DNA from: a virus
Taxonomy: Duplodnaviria; Caudoviricetes
Strand: one strand, 5' to 3'
IMG/VR virus record: IMGVR_UViG_3300021387_001666
Span: 1-64,000 of that record
DNA length: 64,000 nucleotides
The notes beneath the pieces are model-generated. The model was not told where the DNA came from. It did no database searches and saw only the letters and a program-made list of their open reading frames with translations. A program made the translations under genes and the position numbers. Each line of letters begins with the position of its first letter. Position 1 is the first letter of the stretch. Of the stretch, positions 49,914 to 59,409 are shown in pieces.

Positions 49914-50168
49914 TTATCTAATTAACGGTTCTATTATGCTACAGTAAACACAGGGAGTATAGATAAGCCTGTCTCTTTCAGACGCTATACAGCTATCTTT
50001 CTGTTCTGAAGTCCAGCCATTGTTTTCTGCTTTTCTTTCAGCTAAATCAACAGCAATAAGTAATTGGGTTTTATTTTTGGCCTTTTGCTGTTCTGTACAA
50101 GAATGGTTTTCTACAACTGCTAATCCAAGCAGTAGTACTCCTATTATTATATATAGTATTTTTTTCAT
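49914..50168 (-). CDS. Small membrane-anchored/exported protein
   Basis: MKKILYIIIGVLLLGLAVV; promoter TAAATTTG 50187-50194. Confidence 0.7.
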   Translation of the reverse strand: MKKILYIIIGVLLLGLAVVENHSCTEQQKAKNKTQLLIAVDLAERKAENNGWTSEQKDSCIASERDRLIYTPCVYCSIIEPLIR

Positions 50169-50272
50169 ACTTAATTATATTTGCTGCAAATTTAAGAATT
50201 ATTTCTATATTGACAAAGGATATAAGAAGTTTTCTTATCTAACAGACTTTTTATTATCAAAAAGACACAATT

Positions 50273-50737
50273 AGTCCCTTATGGACTTTCTTGGCTCATC
50301 ATCTTGAAACTTCCACTGCGCGGTCAGTTCAGCTAACTCGTAGCATAATTTAACTGTAATCTCCCTATTACCCCATTTACCCTCTACCTCTTTTCCATCA
50401 TAGCTTGGCGGGGAACAGCTTTATATTCAAGAAATTTGTGGCCTATCGGAGTTTGAGCTATCCTGTTATCTCGGAGATTATGTTTCCTCTTCTGAGGTAT
50501 CTCCTACAATCCGACTTCTGACCCTTACCATCTGCTTCCTGTTTCTCAATGGCGTAGGGTGTACATGAGACTATGACTCTCAAGGGCCTAAATATCTGGT
50601 AATAAAAACCAGAGAAAGAAAAATTGCAACCCTATAGTGACTCACAGGTTGCAATTATCTCCATCTCTGGTATATATTTGAGGAGCTCCCTCCGTCAAAT
50701 CCAACTATGTCCTTGCAATCAGAGTCACTTGATTACT
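50273..50737 (-). ncRNA. Putative structured RNA / leader with kissing-loop pair
   Basis: Promoter TATCTTTG 50742-50749; hairpins 50715-50736 and 50609-50670 with complementary loops; more helices downstream; no ORF. Confidence 0.5.
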
Positions 50738-50948
50738 GATGCAAAGATACACATATTTTTATAATAACCAAAATTTTAGCAGTTAATATTTATTAAATAG
50801 GTACGGGTACATTATTATATGTATTTCAGTTAACTCTTCTATACAGAATAGATAAGGATTGTCCTAAGCTATAGGGTAAGAAGCTGTATTATATTTATCT
50901 TTGCATCAAAGAAAATATATATGTTTAGAATTAATAAAAAGATATAAT

Positions 50949-51281
50949 ATGGCATCAGAAGTTGTAATTACACTGGTAGGATTATTCTGTACGACAGTAT
51001 CCAGTATAGTCACATTTATCCTCACAAGGAGGAAGTATAATACTGAGGTAGATTCTCAGCAGATAAAGAACATGGATGAATCTTTCGAGATTTACAAGAA
51101 GGTGATGAATGAGTCCTTGAATGCTCAGAATGAAAAGATTGCACTTCTTCAGAGAGAGAATGACAATCTTAGACAGCAGGTTAATAGCTTACAAGAACAG
51201 GTTATTAGTCTTGTAGGTATGCTTGGTGGTTCTTCTAAAGCAGTAAAAGGTCCAGAACCTATTGGTATGAAAGACATGTAA
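50949..51281 (+). CDS. Holin-like single-TM coiled-coil protein
   Basis: N-terminal TM, RRKY, coiled coil; directly upstream of amidase; promoter 50896-50903. Confidence 0.6.
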   Translation: MASEVVITLVGLFCTTVSSIVTFILTRRKYNTEVDSQQIKNMDESFEIYKKVMNESLNAQNEKIALLQRENDNLRQQVNSLQEQVISLVGMLGGSSKAVKGPEPIGMKDM

Positions 51282-51282
51282 T

Positions 51283-51930
51283 ATGAATAAACAGCAAGCT
51301 ATTATCATATTAGGTACAGCCCATAGGATGAGAGAGCCTGGAAAGGAATCTCCTGACAAGAGACTGAAGGAATGTATATATTCCAGAGAGCTGTGTAAAG
51401 AGATAGCTGATAAGCTAAGAGCATACGGCTGTAAGGTAGAGATAGACTATGAACCTCTTGACTTACCAAGAAGTATGCAGTCTCCCAACTATAAGCAGGA
51501 GCTGAATAATGAGCTGGCTATGAGGGTTAACTATGTCAATGAAATATGCAGACAGAAAGGTGCTAAGAATGTATTGTATGTTTCTATTCATGTAGATGCT
51601 TCAGGCAGTGATGGTCAGTGGCATAATCCTAATGGTTGGAGTGTAAGAGTCAGTCTTAATGCCTCAGAGAACAGCAAAAAGCTGGCAGGATGTCTGTTTG
51701 ACACAGCTAAGCAGAAAGGTCTTAAAGTAAGACAGCCTTCTATGTCTCAGAAATACTGGCCTCAGAATCTATTTGTATTGAGGAACACAGAATGTCCCGC
51801 AGTGTTGACAGAAAATTTATTTCAGGATAACAAAGCTGATGTAGATTACCTGCTGTCAGATGTTGGCAGGCATGTAATAGCAAGACTTCATGTAGAGGGA
51901 ATATTGAAATATGTTAGTGATGCGAATTAA
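51283..51930 (+). CDS. N-acetylmuramoyl-L-alanine amidase (Amidase_3) endolysin
   Basis: Zn ligands GTAH, KE, VSIH; PAVLTEN. Confidence 0.9.
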   Translation: MNKQQAIIILGTAHRMREPGKESPDKRLKECIYSRELCKEIADKLRAYGCKVEIDYEPLDLPRSMQSPNYKQELNNELAMRVNYVNEICRQKGAKNVLYVSIHVDASGSDGQWHNPNGWSVRVSLNASENSKKLAGCLFDTAKQKGLKVRQPSMSQKYWPQNLFVLRNTECPAVLTENLFQDNKADVDYLLSDVGRHVIARLHVEGILKYVSDAN

Positions 51931-52110
51931 TGATTGTGGGAATTTCTTTTCATTTGAAGTTGAATTAGTTAAATGGTTGAGGAGAGGGAGGCTGTGAAGT
52001 TTCCCTCTTTTATTTACTGTGTTAAGACAGATTAAGCATTATCTTTAGGTCTTAGGCTATCCCTTAAATCCTTTATATCTTTGCCTACAAAAAGAGTAAA
52101 GATTGTTTTT

Positions 52111-54516
52111 ATGGCATATAGTGCAATAGGAGGTTTTCCTCCTCAACAGTTAAGCTTCAGCAGGAAGAATAAGGCATGGAGGGTAAAATGTGTGGACTTT
52201 GCAGATGACCACAGCATTATGAGGAACCATGCTGCAGGAAAGTCATGGTATAACATGATGATAAACTATGACCTCATCAATGGAAAGATACACATGTCTG
52301 ACATTAAGGCTGTAGTAAATCCCTTTGGACTTGATGCATCTTTTATTCCAGATAATATTCAGCATTATTCAGTTATTAACCCAAAGCTGAATGTGCTTAG
52401 GGGTGAGGAAAGTGAAAGACTGTTTGATCCAAGACTGGTAGTTACTAATCCTACAGCCATCAGTGAGATGGAAGAGGAAAAGAATAAACAGGTGAATGCA
52501 AGGCTCCAGCAGCTTATTATGGATACCTCCCAGAGTGAAGAGGAGTTTCAGCAGCAACTTCAAAAGCTGGATGACTACTTTAACTATGAGTATCAGGACA
52601 AAAGGGAAATCAGAGGTAATCTGTTTCTCAGTCACTACTCAAGAGAGCTGGAATTTTCCCAGAAGTTCAATAAAGGCTTTGTGGATGCCTACACTGTAGG
52701 AGAGGAGATTTATCAGTGTGATATTGTAGGAGGAGAACCAACTCTTGAAAAGATAAGACCTATGGAGCTTGGTATTATCAGAAGTGGTGACTCTGACAGG
52801 ATAGAAGATGCAGATATGCTTATCCTTCAGAGATATAAGAGTCCAGGCTGGGTAATAGATGCTTATTGGGATCAGTTATCCAAGAAAGACATCGAGAGGA
52901 TAGAGGAGGGTAGTAATGGTGAATACAGCGGTTGGAAGGATTCTATGGATAACATAGATGCAAGACCAGGCAATCCATTAGTACCTGTACCTTGTGACTG
53001 GCAGGCAGGAGACAGCCATATCAATGCCAGTGAGCTCTTTAATGATGATAACTATACCAATATGACTCCCTATGACATTAATGGTAATGTCAGAGTATTG
53101 ACAGTCTATTGGAAGTCAAGAAGAAAAATCAAGAAAGTAAAAAGCTATAATCCTGAGACAGGTGAAGAAGAGTTCAACTTCTATCCAGAGACCTATCATT
53201 GTGATCCCATGAAGGGAGAGGAAGAGCAGATATTCTGGATTAATGAGGCATGGGAGGGCACTAAGATAGCAGAAGACATCTATGTCAACATGAGGCCCAG
53301 ACCTATACAATATAATAGGTTAAGCAATCCTTCTGTATGCCATTTTGGAATTGTAGGAAGTATCTATTCTATTAATGGTGATGAGCCCTATTCACTGGTA
53401 GATGCAGTAAAGCCTGATGCATACTTCTATGATATTGTCAGGGATAAGCTGATTAAGCTTATTTCCAAGAATATGGGCAAGTTGGCAAGAATGGACTTTG
53501 CCAAGATACCCAAAGGATGGGATATAGATAAATGGCTATATTTTGCCACTGTCAATGGTATAGCTGTTGAGGATAGCTTCAAGGAAGGAACAATAGGAGC
53601 CTCCACAGGTAAACTGGCAGCAGGACTTAACAATGCTTCCAATGGCGTTATAGATGTATCTTTAGGAAATGAGATACAATTCCACCTCAACCTACTTGAG
53701 TGGATAGCTAATAATATAGGTGAACTGGCTGGTATCTCAAGACAGAGAGAAGGACAGATAAGTAACAGAGAAACTGTAGGTGGTGTTGAAAGGGCAACCC
53801 TTCAGTCAAGCCATATTACCAAATGGCTATTCTTTATTCATGACAGTGTAAAGAAGAGAGCTATCGAATGTTTCCTTGAGACAGCTAAGATAGCCTATAA
53901 AGGCAGAAAAATTAAGTTTAACTACCTACAGCCTGATGGTAGCAGGAAACTTGTTGAGATAGATGGTGATGAGTTTGCAGAATGTGACTATGGTCTTGTA
54001 GTAGATACTGGTAATGATGTGCAGGAGCTTATGCAGAACCTTGGACAGCTTGCACAGGCAGGTCTTCAGAATGACAAGATGAACTTCTCTACCCTGATTA
54101 AGATTTATCTCACCAAGAGTCCTACAGAGAAGCAGAGACTTATTGAAAGATATGAGCAGAAAGTGGAGGAACAACAGAGGCAAGCTCAGCAGCAACAGCA
54201 GCAGCAGTTTGAGCAGCAGTTACAGCAGCAGGCTCAGCTTGAACAGGCTAAGATGGATAGAGAATATCAGATGCATCAGGAGAAGCTCCAGAATAACATC
54301 CTTACTTCTGAAATTGCATCTCAGGCAGAGGCTCAAAGATTTGCCATGATGAATCATGATAATGATGAAGCCAATGACATTGAGAGAGAGAAGATAGCTG
54401 AGAATGCAAGACAATTTGATGCTAAATTGAAACTGGATACTAAGAAGCAGGCTGATGATGCAAGACTCAAGGAGAAACAAATTCAAGTGACCAAGCAGAA
54501 AGCCATTAATAAATAG
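52111..54516 (+). CDS. Portal protein (crAss-like)
   Basis: FPPQQL..K...W, PKLNVLRGEE, VYWKSRRKI, WINEAWEGTKI, GISRQREG.I..ETVGGVER; promoter 52076-52083. Confidence 0.9.
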   Translation: MAYSAIGGFPPQQLSFSRKNKAWRVKCVDFADDHSIMRNHAAGKSWYNMMINYDLINGKIHMSDIKAVVNPFGLDASFIPDNIQHYSVINPKLNVLRGEESERLFDPRLVVTNPTAISEMEEEKNKQVNARLQQLIMDTSQSEEEFQQQLQKLDDYFNYEYQDKREIRGNLFLSHYSRELEFSQKFNKGFVDAYTVGEEIYQCDIVGGEPTLEKIRPMELGIIRSGDSDRIEDADMLILQRYKSPGWVIDAYWDQLSKKDIERIEEGSNGEYSGWKDSMDNIDARPGNPLVPVPCDWQAGDSHINASELFNDDNYTNMTPYDINGNVRVLTVYWKSRRKIKKVKSYNPETGEEEFNFYPETYHCDPMKGEEEQIFWINEAWEGTKIAEDIYVNMRPRPIQYNRLSNPSVCHFGIVGSIYSINGDEPYSLVDAVKPDAYFYDIVRDKLIKLISKNMGKLARMDFAKIPKGWDIDKWLYFATVNGIAVEDSFKEGTIGASTGKLAAGLNNASNGVIDVSLGNEIQFHLNLLEWIANNIGELAGISRQREGQISNRETVGGVERATLQSSHITKWLFFIHDSVKKRAIECFLETAKIAYKGRKIKFNYLQPDGSRKLVEIDGDEFAECDYGLVVDTGNDVQELMQNLGQLAQAGLQNDKMNFSTLIKIYLTKSPTEKQRLIERYEQKVEEQQRQAQQQQQQQFEQQLQQQAQLEQAKMDREYQMHQEKLQNNILTSEIASQAEAQRFAMMNHDNDEANDIEREKIAENARQFDAKLKLDTKKQADDARLKEKQIQVTKQKAINK

Positions 54517-54678
54517 TTTTCGTAACAAGTAGTTTTCAAGCCCATTAACTCACTGATAGTTAGTGGGTTTTTTGTGTGTATGGGTATTGTTTGAACTCCC
54601 CCTTTAATCTCCCTATCTTTGCAGTGTCTTTGCAAGGATAAAACAATAAGTTTAACCAATTAAATATTTAAGATTATT

Positions 54679-55662
54679 ATGGGAGAAAATGGAGTTTTCG
54701 TATTCCCTGATGCAGCTACAAGAGATGCATCAAGTATAGACCCAAACCTTTTGCTTGCTCTTCAGAACAATGGAGGCTTTGGTGGCAATGGTAGTTGGAT
54801 TTGGATTCTGTTCCTTTGGATGATGTGGCAGAATGGTGGCTACAATGGTTTTAGGAATAATGGTGGTAGCTTTGCAGACCTGAGTGCCCAGCTGAATGGC
54901 AATGAGGGCAGACAGTATCTTGCTGAGATTATGAATGGCAGGTTTGATAACCTTGGTCAACTGGCTCAGATTGTGAATACCAGTGTCGAGACTGTGAAGA
55001 GTGGTATCTTCAGCTTGCAGAATGCCATTACTCAGGTAGGTTCACAGGTAGGTATGAGTGGCTTACAGGTTCAGAATGCTATCCAGGCAGGTAATGCAGC
55101 CCTGAGTCAGCAGCTCTGTAACTGTTGCTGCGAGAATAGGCTTGCTATTTGCAGCCAGACTAATGCGCTTCAGAGTACTATGGCTGCTAACCATGCTGCT
55201 GCTACTCTTCAGGCTGCTCAGAACCAAGCTGCTACTCAGCTTCAGATGGCTCAGATTGAGAGTGCAGATCAGCTGGCAGTATGTAAGCAAACTAATGAGT
55301 TATCTACACAAGCAGATAGGAATGCCAATACCATTCTCAATGCTATTGCAGGACAGAATACCCTTATTACCAAGGAGTTCTGTGACCTTAAGGAAAGGGA
55401 GCTTCAGAATAAGATTGATACTCAGGGAGACATTATCACCCAGCTGAGGGGCCAGATTAGCAATGACAGACAGACTGAAGCCTTCAATGCAAGGTTTAAT
55501 GCCCTTGAGAGTGCTTTCAATACTCTCGCTGCTAAGACTCCAAACACTGTACCTGTCCAATACCCTAATTTGGTGGCAGCCAATGCTACTCCCTATGTAG
55601 GAGGCTATGGTTATCCTAACTATGGTGGTTGGGGTGCCTATAATGGTGGTGTAGTACTTTAA
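54679..55662 (+). CDS. Gly-rich/hydrophobic N-terminus plus long coiled coil with CCC motif
   Basis: GGFGGNGSWIWILFLW, LCNCCCENR, heptads; first gene after promoter 54614-54621. Confidence 0.8.
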   Translation: MGENGVFVFPDAATRDASSIDPNLLLALQNNGGFGGNGSWIWILFLWMMWQNGGYNGFRNNGGSFADLSAQLNGNEGRQYLAEIMNGRFDNLGQLAQIVNTSVETVKSGIFSLQNAITQVGSQVGMSGLQVQNAIQAGNAALSQQLCNCCCENRLAICSQTNALQSTMAANHAAATLQAAQNQAATQLQMAQIESADQLAVCKQTNELSTQADRNANTILNAIAGQNTLITKEFCDLKERELQNKIDTQGDIITQLRGQISNDRQTEAFNARFNALESAFNTLAAKTPNTVPVQYPNLVAANATPYVGGYGYPNYGGWGAYNGGVVL

Positions 55663-55686
55663 TAATAAGGAAATAGGAGGTTAAGT

Positions 55687-56025
55687 ATGAGTTGTTGTAA
55701 TAAAATAATAGCAACTAACGCTGGTGGTATTCCTTATTTTGAAAGTACCAATACCACAATAGGTACTGAGAACATCAATATAGCTCTTGGTGTGCGCAGA
55801 ATACAGCCTGTAGGATATATAACTGTAATTATCAGCAATGTTATACCTACTGATACTACTGCAACACTTCCAGTCAATCTTACCCTGAATGATGTTACCA
55901 AGCCTTTGACTTTGCCAAATGGCACACCAGTAACAGCAGCAGAGTTGCTGAATGTAAGTAACATACTTGTATTCAATGACAGGACTAATGGACTACTGAC
56001 ATTGATGTCTCGCACAATAGCTTAG
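55687..56025 (+). CDS. Small beta-sandwich protein
   Basis: Thr/Val/Ile-rich 112 aa. Confidence 0.75.
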   Translation: MSCCNKIIATNAGGIPYFESTNTTIGTENINIALGVRRIQPVGYITVIISNVIPTDTTATLPVNLTLNDVTKPLTLPNGTPVTAAELLNVSNILVFNDRTNGLLTLMSRTIA

Positions 56026-56050
56026 TATTAATTTTCAAAAGTAATTAACT

Positions 56051-56530
56051 ATGTTTTCAAGTTTAAGCAGGGGAAGTATTCTACAAGGAGTAGACAGAAC
56101 TGATGGAATGAAGTGGTTCACAGGTTCTGTAGAGAGTGTTATGCCTTCCATGAACAATCAGTTTCCTTATGTCAATGTAGACATTATAGCAAATGTCAAT
56201 GGCAAACAGAGACAGTTTAGGGGAGTACATAACAATGAGAGTATTGCTGATTTTGGTAATGACTCTGTTATCATAGCAGATAACAAGGACACACTTTACA
56301 ACTATGTAAAGTCTCTTCTGAAGGTCAGTGAAGATGCTGTTAATCCTGATAATATCAAGAAACACAAGGAATGGATACCTCAGTATAAGAGTGTTCTTTC
56401 TGAAATGTTTCCAGGTTCTACCAGCAATGATGAAGTCAAGGAGCTTAAGGAGGAGGTCAGCAGCTTGAAGTCTCAGCTTGCGGAAGCTATCTCCCTGCTT
56501 AAGCAAGGAAACACTAAAACAACAGAATAA
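56051..56530 (+). CDS. Hypothetical protein with C-terminal coiled coil
   Basis: In operon. Confidence 0.75.
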   Translation: MFSSLSRGSILQGVDRTDGMKWFTGSVESVMPSMNNQFPYVNVDIIANVNGKQRQFRGVHNNESIADFGNDSVIIADNKDTLYNYVKSLLKVSEDAVNPDNIKKHKEWIPQYKSVLSEMFPGSTSNDEVKELKEEVSSLKSQLAEAISLLKQGNTKTTE

Positions 56531-56532
56531 TT

Positions 56533-56751
56533 ATGGTAGTAATGTTTAAGATGACTCCTGAAAAGAAGGAGAAATTTAGCAAGAAGATAGACAAGATGAT
56601 GGACTTCCTTGAGGAGTTCAAAGAGTGTCTGGAGGATTCTGAGGACTATGATGAAGAGGAGTATGAGGAGCCTATGTATCGTGGTGGCAGTATGTCAAGA
56701 CGTGGTGGTTCTTTTATGAGAAGCCGTTATAGCCGTAGGGATGGAATGTAA
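56533..56751 (+). CDS. Small acidic then Arg-rich protein
   Basis: EDYDEEEYEE followed by RGG/RYSR tail. Confidence 0.75.
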   Translation: MVVMFKMTPEKKEKFSKKIDKMMDFLEEFKECLEDSEDYDEEEYEEPMYRGGSMSRRGGSFMRSRYSRRDGM

Positions 56752-56814
56752 TTCATAACTGTTGGGGTCTGTAGGTCTTAAGGTTTGCAGACCCCTTTTA
56801 AAATAACAAAGACT

Positions 56815-57237
56815 ATGTATCATAAAGAAATGGGAGGCTATGATGATATTCCTGAGGGAATGAAGATATACATCAATAACTATGGTTGTCACTTCAGCAA
56901 GAAGCTCTATGAGGAAGCAGCTAGTAGAATGTATACCAAGTCTGGAGTCAAGAAGGAGCATATCCCTCCATATACCAGAGAAGAGGTAGACAGGATGCTG
57001 GATAAGTATGGTATCAAGCTCAATAGGAATAAGCTGTATGACCATTGTTATGTTGCTTCCATGTGTGCAAATGATTTCTTGGGTAAGTCTGTTCCTGACG
57101 AAGCTCACATGGCACAGTTCATTAAGGATATGATTGATGACCCTGATGCTACTGAGGGCTTCATCTTCAACCGATTTATTGGCGATTGCTACTTCATGAA
57201 CAATCCTATTGAATGGGAAGACATACTGGATGATTAG
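56815..57237 (+). CDS. Conserved hypothetical helical protein
   Basis: YINNYGCHFSKKL, D..YVASM..NDF.G.S, DDPD, PIEWED. Confidence 0.8.
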   Translation: MYHKEMGGYDDIPEGMKIYINNYGCHFSKKLYEEAASRMYTKSGVKKEHIPPYTREEVDRMLDKYGIKLNRNKLYDHCYVASMCANDFLGKSVPDEAHMAQFIKDMIDDPDATEGFIFNRFIGDCYFMNNPIEWEDILDD

Positions 57238-57625
57238 GCAACATTTCTATGTTGAGCATTATTGGGAGGTCACTGTTTATTATGATTTAAACTTTGGCCT
57301 CTTTCAGTATATTGAAGAAGAACTGGCTGATATAGGATTTCTTTCTGAGGATATAGAGGATGTATTTTATGAGTTGGAGTTTGGAAATGCCAAGGCTGTT
57401 ACCTGTAGTAATCTCTACTATCATACCAGTATTATCCTCCTCTCTCCCCACATCTCTTCTAAAGACTATATAGATTCTATAGTCCATGAGGCAGAACATG
57501 TGAAACAAGCAATGCTTAAAGCCTATAAGATAGAGGATAGAGGAGAACCTCCTGCCTATACTATAGGTTATCTTATTAGCAGGATGTATCCAGTTTTCAA
57601 AAGTATTATCTGTAATTGCAGATAG
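57230..57625 (+). CDS. HEXXH zinc metallopeptidase-like protein
   Basis: IVHEAEH...GEPPAYTIGY. Confidence 0.7.
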   Translation: MIRQHFYVEHYWEVTVYYDLNFGLFQYIEEELADIGFLSEDIEDVFYELEFGNAKAVTCSNLYYHTSIILLSPHISSKDYIDSIVHEAEHVKQAMLKAYKIEDRGEPPAYTIGYLISRMYPVFKSIICNCR

Positions 57626-57727
57626 TATTCACTTATCTTTCTGCTCTCTTTATTTGCAATTAGGATTTTATTTAGCATTTCTCTAATCAACTATATAATA
57701 GCTATTTTTGCAAAAACTATTAATAGT

Positions 57728-58678
57728 ATGATTACAGATCGAGAGAAATATATAGGTGAATCCCCAATGAAGGACCAGCCTAATAAACCCCTTAAGTTTA
57801 AGTTGGGAGATAGGGTTGTAAAGAACAGGCATCTTGATGATGACTCTGTAGCCTCCCGCAACCTCATGGATAGTGCTGTCACTCCAGACAAGCTGAATGC
57901 TGCTGTCATGAACAGCCTTGTGCTGCCAGCTATCCATCGGATTACAGACCCTATCAACAAGGCTCTGGTAGAACTGAGGCAGCTTATAGGCTCCTATAAC
58001 AAGCATGGAGTGGCAGTAAGTAATGAGTTTGGCACTGCTGAGGATATAGGCATCTCCCAGAAAGCACTCACAGATGCCATCAACAAGGTGTGGACAAAGC
58101 TGGAGGATATTACAGGAGAGCCTTATACAGGTATTAACATGACTATCTCTCCCAAGTATTTCATCAGTGAAGATGGTGCTTCTGTACATATCCAGGCAAG
58201 GACAGCAGAGGCCAATGGAGTGTTTGAGAAGATTTCCTTCTATGTGAATGGTTCCCTTGTCATAGAGGAAGAAAACACAGACTACTATGAGGGAGATATT
58301 GAGCTTACAGAGACCAGTGTGATTAAATGTGTTGCCAAGATTATGGGTATTGAATATAAGAGGGAAGATATAGTTACTCACTACAACAGCTTCTGGATTG
58401 GAGCAGGAGCCTCCTATGCAGACATCATGGATGTAGAGCATGTCATCCCCATTACAGATGGTATGCGAGGTTCTTATGATGTCACTTGTGCAGACAGTGA
58501 CCATATTATCATTGTTATGGCAGAGAGCATGAGGCCTGAGTTCATCAGGGCAGATATGAACAGCTTCGAGATTCCCTTTGAAGAGACTACTGTCACTATC
58601 GACAATAAGAACTATAGTGTGTTTACTTCAAGGAATACTTATGAGGCTGGAACATATAATATTGATATTAACGGATAA
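57728..58678 (+). CDS. Structural/fibre protein
   Basis: SAVTPDKL, GISQKALT repeat motifs, Ig-like C-terminal part; promoter 57703-57710. Confidence 0.65.
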   Translation: MITDREKYIGESPMKDQPNKPLKFKLGDRVVKNRHLDDDSVASRNLMDSAVTPDKLNAAVMNSLVLPAIHRITDPINKALVELRQLIGSYNKHGVAVSNEFGTAEDIGISQKALTDAINKVWTKLEDITGEPYTGINMTISPKYFISEDGASVHIQARTAEANGVFEKISFYVNGSLVIEEENTDYYEGDIELTETSVIKCVAKIMGIEYKREDIVTHYNSFWIGAGASYADIMDVEHVIPITDGMRGSYDVTCADSDHIIIVMAESMRPEFIRADMNSFEIPFEETTVTIDNKNYSVFTSRNTYEAGTYNIDING

Positions 58679-58690
58679 AATAATACAGCT

Positions 58691-59224
58691 ATGTATAACA
58701 ATATTAATGTAAATGTCAGTGGGCCTATTCAGCCTACAGCTACATATAAGACTAAGGTTCTTAAAGGTAATCATTCCTTTGCTTCTCAGGTTACTGAGCC
58801 TAATATGAAGTATGTCATCAAGCATGACTTTGTGCTAGATGGAGATGTTACTATTCCTGAGAATTGTATATTAGAATTTGATGGGGGTAGTATTATTGGT
58901 GAGTATACTATTACTTGCCAAGATACAATATTCATTTTTGCACAGAATGAGGATGATGTGTTTGTGGGTGTTACATTAAATGGTATTTTTAAGAAACGTA
59001 GTGGTAGTTATAATGACCTTGAAAATAAGCCTGTAATTCCTGTAATACCTGCCAATGTTTCTGCTTTTAATAACGACGTAAATTATCAAGTTGTGACAGC
59101 TGGAACTACTGAAGAAAGACCAACTAATGTTATTATAGGATTTTGTTATTTTGACACAACTCTTAACAAGCCTATTTGGTGGACTGGTACTGCATGGGTA
59201 GATGCAACAGGTCAAACAGTCTAA
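58691..59224 (+). CDS. Tail fibre-associated protein
   Basis: IPENCILEFDGGSI and GTTEERP..GFCYFDTTLNKPIWW.G..WVDATG motifs. Confidence 0.75.
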   Translation: MYNNINVNVSGPIQPTATYKTKVLKGNHSFASQVTEPNMKYVIKHDFVLDGDVTIPENCILEFDGGSIIGEYTITCQDTIFIFAQNEDDVFVGVTLNGIFKKRSGSYNDLENKPVIPVIPANVSAFNNDVNYQVVTAGTTEERPTNVIIGFCYFDTTLNKPIWWTGTAWVDATGQTV

Positions 59225-59234
59225 ACTCTAAGTT

Positions 59235-59405
59235 ATGAACAAGCTATTCTATTTCCTAATGATATGCCTCTACCTCCTTGGAACAATAGGAGGTATTGGC
59301 AATGCTGTCTACAACAAGTCCTATCTCATTGCAGTAGGTGTGGCAGCTGTTGGTTATATGGCCTTTGGTAAGGTTAAAGATTATTTTGATAAACTTATAA
59401 AATAA
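59235..59405 (+). CDS. Small two-TM protein (56 aa; not in ORF track)
   Basis: MNKLFYFLMICLYLLGTIGGIGNAVYNKSYLIAVGVAAVGYMAFGKVKDYFDKLIK*. Confidence 0.6.
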   Translation: MNKLFYFLMICLYLLGTIGGIGNAVYNKSYLIAVGVAAVGYMAFGKVKDYFDKLIK

Positions 59406-59409
59406 TAAT

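Noticed and set aside
50850-52083. Spaced TAAG motifs upstream of late promoters as activator sites
   Set aside because: Short motif in AT-rich DNA with inconsistent spacing; cannot be supported without statistics.
54170-54245. CAG-rich repeat in portal gene
   Set aside because: Simply encodes the Gln-rich coiled coil of the portal barrel.
16328-54516. Stop-codon reassignment (TAG or TGA), known in some crAss-like phages
   Set aside because: All large genes are intact under code 11, several end in TAG or TGA, and no suppressor tRNA is present (the Arg tRNA loop CTTCTAA centres on TCT).
57683-58504. 273-aa minus-strand ORF and similar antisense ORFs within structural genes
   Set aside because: Fully antisense to well-supported genes; expected from codon bias.
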